Assembly (NCBI GenBank): GCA_947451115.1
Contig: CANFXV010000007.1
Coordinates: forward strand, 3,171 to 67,170
Origin: Bacteroidota bacterium
Lineage (GTDB): Bacteria; Bacteroidota; Bacteroidia; Chitinophagales; Chitinophagaceae
Length of the DNA stretch: 64,000 bases
Direction: 5' to 3'
Shown here: in pieces, positions 50,372-61,500 of the stretch
Layout: each line of letters opens with the position of its first letter
How positions within the stretch are numbered: position 1 is the stretch's first letter
The notes under the pieces: model-generated
Told to the model about the DNA's origin: nothing
The model's input: only the letters and a program-made list of their open reading frames with translations
Database searches by the model: none
Made by a program: the position numbers and the translations under genes

Positions 50372-50393
50372 GTTTAAACTTTTTCTACATAAT

Positions 50394-50430
50394 AAATCCC
50401 TTTTCGAAATTTCGGAAAGGGATTTTTTTT
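50394..50430 (+). terminator. Rho-independent terminator after tonB
   Basis: AAATCCCTTTTCG...CGGAAAGGGATTT hairpin with a T run. Confidence 0.8.
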
Positions 50431-50476
50431 ATGCTTATTTACATTGGTTCATCTTCCATAAATACTAGTTAAAGTT

Positions 50477-50484
50477 TACCTTTG
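50477..50484 (+). promoter_or_regulatory. -7 promoter element (TACCTTTG) abutting the mnmE start
   Basis: TAnnTTTG, then CCCT, then ATG. Confidence 0.6.
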
Positions 50485-50488
50485 CCCT

Positions 50489-51868
50489 ATGCGCGAAAAT
50501 CTAAGTTCTTGGAATGATACCATTGTAGCCCTAGCCACTCCACCAGGTTTGGGGGCCATTGCGGTGATCCGATTAAGTGGTCCAACGGCTATTGATATTA
50601 TCAGTTCGGTTTTTTCAAAGAAGCATTTACACAATAAAGCCTCTCATACGATACATTTAGGAAAAATTATCAATGGCAAAGAAGTCATCGATGAAGTGGT
50701 GCTAACCCTCTATAAAGCCCCTAGCTCTTATACCGGCGAAGAAGTGGTTGAAATTTCTTGTCATGGTTCACCCTATATACAAGATTCTATTTTACAATTA
50801 TTACAGGCCAAAGGAGCTAGATTGGCTAAGCCTGGGGAGTTTACACAACGTGCCTTTTTAAATGGGAAATTAGATTTAACCCAAGCAGAAGCAGTGGCCG
50901 ATTTAATTGCCAGTAATACCGAGGCAGCTCGTAAGACAGCTTTATACAATCTAAAAGGTGGGTTTTCGTCGGACTTACAAGTCATGCGCGAGAAGCTCAT
51001 TAAATTTTCGGCCTTGATCGAATTGGAATTAGATTTTTCACAAGAAGATGTTGCGTTTGCCAATAAGAAATCTTTGGAAATTTTGGTACATGAATTGCAA
51101 GCAAAAACCAATGAATTGTTACTATCCTTTCAATTAGGCAATGTCATCAAACATGGAGTCCAAGTAGCCATCGTGGGCAAGCCCAATGCAGGCAAGTCTA
51201 CTTTGTTGAATGCCTTACTCAATGAAAACAGGGCCTTGGTCAGTGAAATTCCAGGTACGACTAGAGATACTGTAGAAGAGTATTTGAATATACAAGGAGT
51301 GATGTATAAATTGATTGATACAGCAGGTATTAGAGAAAGCACTTCTGATGGCATCGAGCAAATGGGCATTGAGAAAAGCAAAGAAAAAATTCAAGCAGCT
51401 GATATTGTGATTGCCTTGTTTGATGCAAGTACTACTACCGCAGCTCAAATCAAAGACTGGCAGCAGGAATTGGCAGGAGCGCATAAATTAATACTTGTAG
51501 GAAACAAAATGGACATAGCCATCGACCCCACGCTTGAGCAAAATCCTGAATTAAAAGAAATTATATTTATTGCAGCTAAGGATAAAAAAAATATACTTGC
51601 GCTTGAAAATGCATTACATCAAAAAGCAGTGGGAGATGGATTGAACAAAGAAGGCACTATTGTCACCAATGCAAGGCATGTAGCTTCTTTAAAAAGATTA
51701 TTATTTTCACTCAATGATGTGGAAACTGGCTTAATAGAAAATGTAACGGGTGACTTACTCGCCATCGACATCAATCGTGCGTTACATTTCTTAGGTACCA
51801 TTACAGGGCAAATCACCAATGAGGATCAGTTAGATTTTATATTTTCTAAATTCTGTATTGGAAAGTAG
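50489..51868 (+). CDS. mnmE: tRNA modification GTPase MnmE
   Basis: DTIVALAT, GKPNAGKS, GTTRD, DTAG, NK.D and terminal FCIGK motifs. Confidence 0.96.
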   Translation: MRENLSSWNDTIVALATPPGLGAIAVIRLSGPTAIDIISSVFSKKHLHNKASHTIHLGKIINGKEVIDEVVLTLYKAPSSYTGEEVVEISCHGSPYIQDSILQLLQAKGARLAKPGEFTQRAFLNGKLDLTQAEAVADLIASNTEAARKTALYNLKGGFSSDLQVMREKLIKFSALIELELDFSQEDVAFANKKSLEILVHELQAKTNELLLSFQLGNVIKHGVQVAIVGKPNAGKSTLLNALLNENRALVSEIPGTTRDTVEEYLNIQGVMYKLIDTAGIRESTSDGIEQMGIEKSKEKIQAADIVIALFDASTTTAAQIKDWQQELAGAHKLILVGNKMDIAIDPTLEQNPELKEIIFIAAKDKKNILALENALHQKAVGDGLNKEGTIVTNARHVASLKRLLFSLNDVETGLIENVTGDLLAIDINRALHFLGTITGQITNEDQLDFIFSKFCIGK

Positions 51869-51879
51869 TTGGGGTGCAA

Positions 51880-52524
51880 TTACAATTCTAAGTGGGTATA
51901 GTCTTCAATAAAAAATAAGATATTGTCAAAATCAGCGAATTCAGCTTCCTGATGCATGCCTTTGATCACAATAGTTTTCATGCCTGCACTTTGTGCACAT
52001 AAGACTCCTTTAGGTGTATCTTCAAACACAATGCAGTCCGATGGGGCATAGCCTAGTTGCGCTGCACATTTTAAAAAAGTTTCTGGATGAGGTTTGCTGA
52101 TGCTTACATCATCGGCACTCACAATGGCATCAAAATATTTTCTTATCTGTGTATGGTCAATAACAAAATCGATGTTTAAAGTGATGGCTGCAGAGCCAAT
52201 ACCCATTTTGATATTTTTTTCGAATGCATTCACAATAAAATGGTCAAGTCCGTCTATTAATTTTAGATGTGGTTTAAATTCCACACGATACAAAGCTTCT
52301 TTGTTGGCGCCAATGGATAATTTTTCTTGCATCGAAAATTTTCCAGGAAAAACTCTTTCTAAGAGCTCATCGTTTTTTCCATAGCATTGGTGTTTTACTT
52401 CCTCTAGGCTTAATGTACTACCCAAGGCAGTCAGTTGTTGGTGCCAAGCCCCAATATGGTAGGGCATGTCATTAATCATGGTTCCATTTAAATCAAAAAT
52501 AAATGCTTTGGCTTTAGCTAACAT
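51880..52524 (-). CDS. HAD-family (beta-PGM/CbbY-like) hydrolase with DxN motif I
   Basis: FDLNGT, KPHPE.F and VFEDT..G motifs. Confidence 0.82.
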   Translation of the reverse strand: MLAKAKAFIFDLNGTMINDMPYHIGAWHQQLTALGSTLSLEEVKHQCYGKNDELLERVFPGKFSMQEKLSIGANKEALYRVEFKPHLKLIDGLDHFIVNAFEKNIKMGIGSAAITLNIDFVIDHTQIRKYFDAIVSADDVSISKPHPETFLKCAAQLGYAPSDCIVFEDTPKGVLCAQSAGMKTIVIKGMHQEAEFADFDNILFFIEDYTHLEL

Positions 52525-52551
52525 GTATAATAAATTTTTGTTGACTTGTAT

Positions 52552-53544
52552 TTACATAGAACCACCTTCTACAAATTTGGCATCAACGGTAAGTTCGTTT
52601 AGTGTTTTTCCTCCTTGCATATTGGCCATCATTTGCACAAAGGCCAATTTGCCTAATTGAAAGCCGCTGGTTTCTACATAACTAATGACTGGATGGTATA
52701 AGTTAGGAATAAATCCATTGCTGATACTGATGACGCCCATTTCCTTTGGTATTTTTATTTCCAAAGCTTGTATGGCTTTCATTACCCCAATTAATATTTC
52801 ATCGGTCATGCAAAAAACAGTATCAAATTTTAAAGCTTTGCTATAATGTTTTTTAAATGCCTCCTCTGCTTCTACAGAACTATTGGCATGGATGTAATTC
52901 ACATGCGTTTTAGGCGCAAAATCACGCATAAAATTCTGAAAAGCTAATTTTCTATTTTGACTGATGGATAGTCCTGGATCACCAAAAATAGCCAATACTT
53001 TTTTTGAATTTCTTTTGATGATGTTCTCTGCAGCAATCACACCGCAACGTTCATCAGCCATCCTCACTTTAGTAAAATGATTGTCTTTGGGTACAATGTC
53101 AAAAAACACTACAGGAATTTCTCTTTCATTCATTTTATGGTACACATCAATATTTTCAGAGCTGGCAGATAAACAAGCAAATACACCCGATACCCTGTTT
53201 TGTCTAAATATTTTCAAGTTGTTTAATTCATTCTCTGGATTATGACTGGATTGAAGAATCATTAAGGCATAGCCATGTTTTCGGCTTTCTTCTTCCACTG
53301 CAGCAATAAAGCTATCATAGAATAAATTTGAAATAGCTGGAACAATTACGCCCAAAATTTTGCTACTCTGCATTCTTAATTGGATAGCATAAGCATTGGG
53401 TTCGTAATCTAAGCTTTGTGCAAGTGCATGTACTTTGGCCTTTGTTTTAGCAGAAATATCTGGATGATCTTTTAAAGCTCTTGAGACTGTTGAGATGCTT
53501 AATTGCAATTGTTGGGCTAATAATTTGAGCGTTGTATTGGTCAT
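52552..53544 (-). CDS. LacI-family transcriptional regulator
   Basis: HTH (TLK.LA..L..S.STVSRAL), hinge YEPN..A..L and a sugar-binding domain. Confidence 0.92.
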   Translation of the reverse strand: MTNTTLKLLAQQLQLSISTVSRALKDHPDISAKTKAKVHALAQSLDYEPNAYAIQLRMQSSKILGVIVPAISNLFYDSFIAAVEEESRKHGYALMILQSSHNPENELNNLKIFRQNRVSGVFACLSASSENIDVYHKMNEREIPVVFFDIVPKDNHFTKVRMADERCGVIAAENIIKRNSKKVLAIFGDPGLSISQNRKLAFQNFMRDFAPKTHVNYIHANSSVEAEEAFKKHYSKALKFDTVFCMTDEILIGVMKAIQALEIKIPKEMGVISISNGFIPNLYHPVISYVETSGFQLGKLAFVQMMANMQGGKTLNELTVDAKFVEGGSM

Positions 53545-53564
53545 GCCTTGTTCAATTTAATGAC

Positions 53565-53572
53565 CAAATTTA
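53565..53572 (-). promoter_or_regulatory. -7 promoter element (TAAATTTG) for the LacI gene
   Basis: Exact TAnnTTTG 20 nt upstream of the LacI ATG. Confidence 0.55.
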
Positions 53573-53594
53573 TGAAAACTTTACCACAAATTTT

Positions 53595-53609
53595 ACCGCA
53601 AACGTTTGT
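53595..53609. promoter_or_regulatory. Candidate LacI-family operator
   Basis: ACCGCAAACGTTTGT with a perfect core palindrome CAAACGTTTG and central CG, in the lacI/susC divergent spacer. Confidence 0.6.
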
Positions 53610-53847
53610 TCTTTTGTTTAAAATCTATGGCAAGATAAAAAAAATAAACTATTTTTTTATAGGGGGGTATTTTCAAAAGTCCTTTACTGTATTGATTTTC
53701 AGGTCAAATTGGAGGGGAACTAAGATCATTTTACTACTAATTGTTAGCTTTTTTGGGCAAAAAGTTAAAAAAGAATTAACATAAAACTTGTTGGAATCAA
53801 AAATCGTGTAATTTGTACACGCTTAATAAACCAATAAATTGCCAATT

Positions 53848-56800
53848 ATGAATTTCAAAATTGTTAAGTCCACTTTTGTTGGACTATTCCTTGGCTTGCT
53901 TGTTTTAAATGCGCAAGCACAGAACAAAACAGTTACAGGTAAGGTTTTAGATGCAAAAGACGGTTCACCAATTGCTGCAGCTTCTGTTGTAGTTAAAGGT
54001 GCATCAGTAGGAACAAAAACTACTGCTGACGGTTCTTTTGCTATTACTATTCCTTCTACTGTAGCAAAATTAGTGATCTCTTCTGTAGGTTACTCTTCAA
54101 GAGAAGTAGATGCTACAGGTAACATCGCAGTTTCCTTAAACCAAACTAGCAACCAACTAAATGAAGTGGTGGTAGTAGGTTACGGTACGCGTAAAGTAAA
54201 AGACGCGACTGGATCAGTGGTTTCTTTGGGTGAGAAATCCTTTAACAAAGGGGTTATCGCATCTCCAGAGGAATTATTGCAAGGTCGTACAGCTGGTGTT
54301 AACGTAACAAGCAATTCTGGTGAACCAGGAGGTGCTATTAACGTAACCATTAGAGGTACTTCTTCTGTAAGAAGTAACAACAACCCATTATATGTAGTGG
54401 ATGGTGTGCCTTTATATGGTGGTGGAATGACAGGTTCTGGTATTTCTGTTGAAGGTTCAACTACAGCAAGAAACCCATTGTCTTTCATCAACCCAAATGA
54501 TATTGAAAACATCTCTATCTTAAAAGATGCATCTTCTGCAGCTATTTATGGAGCAAGAGGTGCGAATGGAGTAGTTTTAATTACTACTAAATCTGGTAAA
54601 GGTAAACCAAGCTTAACTTTCAATACTACTACTAGTGTTGCTACTACAGCTGCTCGTTATGACCTTGCTAGCCCACAAGAATTTATGTATGGTATCAAGA
54701 AGACATTAGCAGATGCTGGAATTGATGTTACAGGCGTAGGTGGTAACGATAAAGGTTACAATACTGACTGGCAAGATCAAGTTTTCAGAACAGCAGTATC
54801 TAAGAGCTACAACTTAGCTTGGGGATACTCTAATGCAAAAACTTCTTTGAAATTAAACGGTTCATTTGACGACCAACAAGGTATCGTTAAAACGCAAGAT
54901 TTAAATAGAATGACTTTTGGTTTGAAATATTCTAACCAATTAACTTCTCGTTTAAAATTAGACGTTACAGTGAATAAGTCTTCTGTTAAAAACAGATATG
55001 CGCAAGTAACCAATAATGCTGGATACCAAGGATCTTTGATTGGTGCTATGATTAGCTACAATCCTACTTTCCCTGTATACAATGCTGATGGTTCTTGGTT
55101 CGATAATCAAGATGGTAACAGAAACCCTGTTGCAATTTTAGAAGGTTACAATGACCAAGATACTTATAGCAAATTATTGACTAACGTGTCTTTATCTTAT
55201 AAGTTGTCAACCAATTTGACTTACAAACTTATTTATGGTATTGAAAATGGCCAAACAGAGCGTTATACTTTTCAATCACCTAATATGTCATCTGCCTATG
55301 GTCAAGGGATCATTAATATCCGCGGTAAGAACTATCAAGGTAGTGATATCAGTGGACATGGTAGAGCTGCACAACAATTCTTAAATCAAAATTCAGCAGT
55401 GATCGAACACACTTTGAACTATGATAAAACATATAAGAATGGTAACAACTTGCAAGTTTTAGCAGCGTTCTCTTATCAAAAAACTACTGACTACTACAGA
55501 GCTAAACAAGCTTGGGGCGTAGCAGGTACAACCTCAATGAAAACTAGTTGGGATTCTTATACTGGTGGAAAAACAGATGAGTATGGAGATAGTACACAAG
55601 TGGAATTACAGTCTTATTTTTCTCGTGTAAACTATACTATGAAAGACAAATACATCCTTTCTGCTTTGGCTAGAATTGATGGTTCTTCTAAATTAAGTGC
55701 TGGTCACAAATACGGTACTTTCCCTGCATTTGGTTTCAAATGGAGAATGTTAGAAGAAAAATTTGCTCAAAATACTTTGGGTAAAATCTTCTCAAACTTT
55801 GATGCAAGATTAAACTATGGATCTACAGGTAACCAAGAGTTCCCTGCATATGCTTCATTGGCGATTCAAAGTAAAGATTTCAATGGTAACACTTCAGTGA
55901 ATACCAACTCAAACCCTAATTTGAAATGGGAAACTACCACCACTACTGGTGTTGGTATCGATTTCACTATGTTCAATGGTCGTTTAAACGGTACTGTTGA
56001 TTATTTCAAGAAATCTACTAAAGACTTATTGTTCTTAATTAGCTATCCTCAACCAGCAGCTTCTGCTGATCGTTGGGTTAACTTACCTGGTATTGTTGAC
56101 AATACTGGTTGGGAATTTAGCTTAGATTATCAATTAGTTCGTCCAGCTTATAAAGGTGCTTTCGGATGGGATGTTGCTTACAACATGTCATTCTTGAAAA
56201 ATAACATTTCTGGATTTGGTTCAACTGTAGTAAATACAGGTGGAGTAAATGGTCAAGGTTTGTCTGGTGCTTACGCTCAAACAATCAGAGACGGTTCTCC
56301 TTTGTTCACTTTCGTAATGCCTACTTTCTTAAGATTTGACGCTTATGGAAATGGTGTTTATGCAAATGGATCAAAAGACGAATTACAAGGAAGTGCATTA
56401 CCTACATTCAATGCAGGTTTAACCAACAGTTTTTCTTACAAGAAATTTACTGCTAGCGTATTCTTTAACGCAGTAACTGGTTTCTATGTATACAACAACA
56501 CTGCGAATGCCTTATTGTTAAAGGGTAGTTTAAAGACAGCGCATAACGTAACAAGAGATATTATTTATAATATCGAGAACTCAATTAACCCAGGTAACGT
56601 ATCATCACGTTTCTTGGAGAAAGGAGATTATGTACGTTTAGCGAATGCTTCTATTGCTTATGCAGTAGATGTTAAACCAGGTTCTTTCATTAAAGGATTG
56701 AACTTGACATTGTCTGGACAAAACTTAGCCTTGTTTACTAAATATTCTGGACTAGATCCTGAAGTGAACGTTGATCATAGCCTTAATGGTGTTCCATCAA

Positions 56801-56868
56801 GAGGTTTTGATTATACAGCAACTCCAAGAGCTAGAACTATCACTTTAGGACTTAACGCACGCTTTTAA
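53848..56868 (+). CDS. susC: SusC/RagA family TonB-dependent outer-membrane transporter
   Basis: Signal peptide, N-terminal extension, LNEVVVVGYG, PLYVVDG.P, ILKDASSAAIYGARGANGVVLITTK, LKWETT and a terminal Phe. Confidence 0.95.
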   Translation: MNFKIVKSTFVGLFLGLLVLNAQAQNKTVTGKVLDAKDGSPIAAASVVVKGASVGTKTTADGSFAITIPSTVAKLVISSVGYSSREVDATGNIAVSLNQTSNQLNEVVVVGYGTRKVKDATGSVVSLGEKSFNKGVIASPEELLQGRTAGVNVTSNSGEPGGAINVTIRGTSSVRSNNNPLYVVDGVPLYGGGMTGSGISVEGSTTARNPLSFINPNDIENISILKDASSAAIYGARGANGVVLITTKSGKGKPSLTFNTTTSVATTAARYDLASPQEFMYGIKKTLADAGIDVTGVGGNDKGYNTDWQDQVFRTAVSKSYNLAWGYSNAKTSLKLNGSFDDQQGIVKTQDLNRMTFGLKYSNQLTSRLKLDVTVNKSSVKNRYAQVTNNAGYQGSLIGAMISYNPTFPVYNADGSWFDNQDGNRNPVAILEGYNDQDTYSKLLTNVSLSYKLSTNLTYKLIYGIENGQTERYTFQSPNMSSAYGQGIINIRGKNYQGSDISGHGRAAQQFLNQNSAVIEHTLNYDKTYKNGNNLQVLAAFSYQKTTDYYRAKQAWGVAGTTSMKTSWDSYTGGKTDEYGDSTQVELQSYFSRVNYTMKDKYILSALARIDGSSKLSAGHKYGTFPAFGFKWRMLEEKFAQNTLGKIFSNFDARLNYGSTGNQEFPAYASLAIQSKDFNGNTSVNTNSNPNLKWETTTTTGVGIDFTMFNGRLNGTVDYFKKSTKDLLFLISYPQPAASADRWVNLPGIVDNTGWEFSLDYQLVRPAYKGAFGWDVAYNMSFLKNNISGFGSTVVNTGGVNGQGLSGAYAQTIRDGSPLFTFVMPTFLRFDAYGNGVYANGSKDELQGSALPTFNAGLTNSFSYKKFTASVFFNAVTGFYVYNNTANALLLKGSLKTAHNVTRDIIYNIENSINPGNVSSRFLEKGDYVRLANASIAYAVDVKPGSFIKGLNLTLSGQNLALFTKYSGLDPEVNVDHSLNGVPSRGFDYTATPRARTITLGLNARF

Positions 56869-56888
56869 TTTTTTAAATAATAATACAC

Positions 56889-58463
56889 ATGAAAAATAAT
56901 TTTATCAAACAAACGGCCATCTATGTAGGTGCAATTGCACTTTGCATTGGACAGGTATCTTGTTCTAAGTTAGACGAGAAAGTGTTTGGTTCTAAGTCAG
57001 TGGCTACTGCCTCTGCTGGATCTAATTCAGCTGACTTGAATTCAGTTTATGGTAAATTAAATGATTTAGCAACTCAGGGTAACTGGTTTGCATTTCAAGA
57101 ACATTCTACCGATGAATTACTAGGCCCAACTCGTGGTACTGACTGGGATGATTTCGGTACTTGGAGAAAAATCCATTTGCACGCTGTAGATGGTGCACAC
57201 AATCAATTATATGATACTTGGAACGGCTTAAATGGTGCTTTGTTTGCAGCTACTTTGGTGGCTGAAAAAAGTACTGGTGCTGCACAAATAGAAGGTAAAT
57301 TTTTGAGAGCTTTTATTGCTACTCAAGTAATGGACTTATTTGGTCAAGTGCCTTATCGTTCGGCTACTGCAGGTCCAGATGATATACCAGAAGTAAAAAC
57401 AAGAGCAGCTGCTTTTGATTGGATCTTAGCAGATGTTGACGCTGCAATCGCAGGCTTACCAGATTTCGGTCCAGGTAGCGATAACCATAAAGCAAACAAA
57501 CAAGCGGCTCAATTTTTAAAAGCTAGATTGTTGTTGAACAAAGCAGTATACAAAGCAGCTCCAGCTACTCCAGCAGGACCTTATACTTTTGCTGCTGCTG
57601 ATATGAGTACAGTAGTTACTTTGGTAGATGCAATCACTGCTAAAGGATTCAAATTATCTAAAGCATATTGGGATAACTTTAAATGGGACAACAACACAGC
57701 TTCAACTGAGTTGATCTTATCTAGAGCATCTAATGGTGCAGGTAACAAAAATCAAACAGGTGGTAATGCAGGTATTACTTGGGCTACTGGTATGGGAACA
57801 CATTACAACCAAGCATTTTCTGGTTGGAATGGTTTCACTACTACTTCTGATTTTTACAATTCTTTCGAAGAAGCGGATGCTAGAAGATATACTGCTTTAC
57901 CATTAATGACTGAAGTTTCTGGTTTTAATGCAGGTTTCTTAGCTGGCCAACAATACAAGTATGACAATGGAACTAAAGTGATGGTAAAAGACCGTTCTGG
58001 TTCTCCATTGATTTTTACTCCTGATGTAAGTTTGTTCTTCTCTACAGAAGCAAAAGGTATCAGAACTATGAAATATCCTTTAAAGGGTGATCAAATGGGC
58101 TTCAACGAAGAAAATGAATTCGTTTTGATGCGTTATTCTGATGCAGTACTTATGAAGGCTGAAGCTATTTTAAGAGGTGGAACTGCTACTAACAATGAAA
58201 CAGCGCTTTCTATTGTGAATGCCATCAGAGCTCGTTCTGGTGCCACTAAATTAGCTGCAGTTACCTTAACTGATATCTTAGCTGAAAGAGGTCGTGAATT
58301 GTACCTTGAAGCAGTAAGAAGACCAGATATGATTCGTTTTGGTGTATTCAACAACCCAGTTGTTGAAAGACCAGCTAAATCTGATGGTTTCAGAGTGGTA
58401 TATCCAATACCTAACCAAGCAGTTTCTTCAAATCCAAATTTGAAGCAAAACTTCGGTTACTAA
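56889..58463 (+). CDS. susD: SusD/RagB family nutrient-binding lipoprotein
   Basis: Lipobox VSC, DLFGQVP, RYSDAVLMKAEA, ERGREL..E..RR.DMIRFG and NPNLKQN.GY motifs. Confidence 0.94.
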   Translation: MKNNFIKQTAIYVGAIALCIGQVSCSKLDEKVFGSKSVATASAGSNSADLNSVYGKLNDLATQGNWFAFQEHSTDELLGPTRGTDWDDFGTWRKIHLHAVDGAHNQLYDTWNGLNGALFAATLVAEKSTGAAQIEGKFLRAFIATQVMDLFGQVPYRSATAGPDDIPEVKTRAAAFDWILADVDAAIAGLPDFGPGSDNHKANKQAAQFLKARLLLNKAVYKAAPATPAGPYTFAAADMSTVVTLVDAITAKGFKLSKAYWDNFKWDNNTASTELILSRASNGAGNKNQTGGNAGITWATGMGTHYNQAFSGWNGFTTTSDFYNSFEEADARRYTALPLMTEVSGFNAGFLAGQQYKYDNGTKVMVKDRSGSPLIFTPDVSLFFSTEAKGIRTMKYPLKGDQMGFNEENEFVLMRYSDAVLMKAEAILRGGTATNNETALSIVNAIRARSGATKLAAVTLTDILAERGRELYLEAVRRPDMIRFGVFNNPVVERPAKSDGFRVVYPIPNQAVSSNPNLKQNFGY

Positions 58464-58486
58464 TTTAATAGTTTAACTATTTATAC

Positions 58487-58521
58487 AGCGCCTCCTCATT
58501 TTGAGGGGGCGCTTTTTTTTT
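58487..58521 (+). terminator. Rho-independent terminator after susD
   Basis: AGCGCCTCCTCA-TTT-TGAGGGGGCGCT followed by a T run. Confidence 0.82.
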
Positions 58522-58597
58522 GTCCTGAATGAGTATTCAAATAAGGGAATAAAGTCAAGATGTCGTATTTTTATTGATCCTTTTAGAGGTCAAGCCT

Positions 58598-61500
58598 ATG
58601 CAAAATTGTACCCATAAAATTGTTTTTATTTTTTTAACAGCTTGTGTGCTTTCTGCATGTCAAACTAAGCCATCCACTGCGCTGTTTGAAAAAATGGACC
58701 AAACAGGTATCCAGTTTACCAATACCGTGGTCGATGACAAGGAGAATAATATTTTCAAGTACCGTAATTTTTACAATGGGGCCGGAGTGGGTATTGGCGA
58801 CATTAACAATGATGGGCTACCAGATGTTTTTTTTACTGCGAACCAAGGTGCGAACAAATTATTCTTAAACAAAGGCGATTTTAAATTCGAGGACATATCC
58901 GCCAAAGCGGGTTTTCTAGATAAAAAACAGTGGAGTACCGGCGTCACCATGGTGGACATCAACCATGACGGTTGGTTGGATATTTATGTTTGCAATGCAG
59001 GCAATATGATGCATCCAGCACTTCGAAAAAATCAATTGTTTATCAATAACCACAATTTAACTTTTACAGATAGTGCTGCAGCCTATGGCTTAGACAACGA
59101 TGGCTATACCACCCATGCTTCCTTTTTTGATTATGATATGGATGGAGATTTAGATTGTTTTATGGTCAACAATAGCCCCATTCCTGTCAATACTTTGAAT
59201 TATGGGAATGCACGTAATGTAAGGGCAGAAAATTCTACTGTAGCTGATTTCTTAAAAGGCGGAGGTGATCATTTGTACAAAAATGACCATGGGCATTTTG
59301 TAGAAGTATCTAAAGAAGCGGGCATACATGGTTCTCTAATCAGTTTTGGCTTGGGCGTTACCGTTGGAGATGTGAATGGAGATGGATGGCCGGATGTGTA
59401 TGTGTCCAATGATTTTTTTGAAAGAGACTACTTGTACATCAATCAAAAAAATGGAAGTTTCACAGATGAATTAGAAAAATATACGGAGCACAACAGCATC
59501 GCTTCGATGGGTACGGACATGGCCGATATCAACAATGATGGCTATCCTGATATATTTACCACAGAGATGTTGCCTGACGATGAACAAAGATTAAAAACAA
59601 CTACCTCTTTTGACAATATTGATATCTACCGATTAAAAGTAGCCAGTGGATTTTACCATCAGTTCATGCACAATGCTTTACAATTAAACAATAAGAATGG
59701 AAAATTCAAAGAGGTAGCACATTATGCAGGGGTACAGGCCAGTGATTGGAGTTGGGGGGAAATGATTTTTGATGCAGACAATGATGGTTACAATGATATT
59801 TATGTAAGCAATGGAATTTACAGAGATTTAACCAATCAAGACTTCATTGATTTTTTCGCGAACAACATGATTCAGAAAATGGTATTGACAGGGAAGAAAG
59901 AAGAAATTAGTAGCATCATCAGTAAGATGAGTTCACAGCCCATTGCCAATAAAATGTTTCACAACAATGGCGATTTAAGTTTTAAAGAATCGGCCAAAGA
60001 TTGGGGCTTGGCCATACCTAGTTTTTCCAATGGAGCTGCTTATGGTGATTTAAACAACGATGGGGCCTTGGACATGGTGGTTAACAATAACAATATGCCT
60101 GCTTTTATTTTTAAAAACAACAGTAGAGCAGTCAATAAAAATCATTACCTAAGTATTCGGCTTCAAGGCTTGGCGCAAAACACCTATGCTATTGGTGCTA
60201 AAATAAATTTGTATGTACAAGGGCAAATTTTAAGCAAGGAACTAATTCCCGCAAGAGGATTTCAATCTTCTGTGGATTACCAACAAGTTTTTGGTTTAGG
60301 AAAAAATACAAAGGTAGATTCTGTAAAAATTATTTGGCCTAACCTCACTCAATCTGTTTTTGCTATTCAGAAAATTGATACGGTCTATCATTTCAATCAA
60401 AACAATACAACAAGTACACCCTTAAGGATAAATACACTTGCAACTAAACCATTAATGGTAGAACAGGCAGCAAATTTTGACCGACATGTAGAAAACGACC
60501 ATGTTGATTTTTATGCTGAAAGAATTATTCCAAGAATGTTGTCTCAAGAAGGACCAAGAGCCACTAGTGGAGATTTGAATGGGGATGGTTTATTGGATGT
60601 ATATATTGGAGGGGCTGCCGGGAAAGGCGGTGCTATTTATTTACAAAACAAAGAAGGACAGTTTATAAAAAAAGCTACCCCTGCCTTTGACCCCTTTAAA
60701 AATTTTGAAGATGTGGCTGCTGAATTTTTTGATGCAGATAAGGATGGAGATGTAGATTTATTGATTGGTGCTGGTGGCAATGACCGTTTGCCCAATAGTG
60801 GAGAATTGAATCACCGTTTATTTTTAAATGATGGTAAAGGAAATTTTACTTATAAAGAAAATGCTTTTCCGAATTTCTCCTACAATACGGGGGTGCTTTT
60901 ACCCTTTGATATAGATGGGGATGGAGACTTAGATGTTTTTGCTGGTGCCAGAAATACACCCTTTAAATATGGGGTAAGCCCAGCAAGTAGTATCTACATC
61001 AATGATGGCAAAGGTAACTTTACAGAACAAACCAATAACATAGCGCCTAGTTTTTCAAGCTTAGGCATGGTGACTGCTGCGGTATGGGGCGATGTAATGG
61101 GTAAGCATAAAAATCAATTAGTGGTGGTGGGTGATTACATGTATCCTGCTATTTATTCTTACAGCAATGGTCAACTAGTAGAAGAAAAATCAAATTTGAC
61201 GGACCTATTTGGTTGGTGGCAGACGATTAAAATAGCTGATTTAGATGGAGATGGCAAGATGGATTTGATCTTGGGTAATATGGGCGAGAACGGGTATTTG
61301 AAACCTAGTCCAGCAGCGCCAGTCAAATTATGGATGTATGATTTTGATGGCAATGAAAGCTTGGATAAAATTTTAACAAGAAGTATTGGGGGTAAAGATT
61401 ATACCGTTTTCCTAAAAGCAGAAATGCAAGAGCAAGTGCCCTTGATCAAAAAAGAAAATTTAAATTACAAAGATTACGCGGCTAAAACTTTTCAAGAATT

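Noticed and set aside
50489-51868. Genomic island integrated at the mnmE 3' end (a known hotspot)
   Set aside because: No integrase, att-like repeat or obvious compositional shift downstream.
53548-53784. 78-aa ORF in the lacI/susC spacer
   Set aside because: TTG start, low-complexity AT-driven composition, and overlap with promoter and operator motifs.
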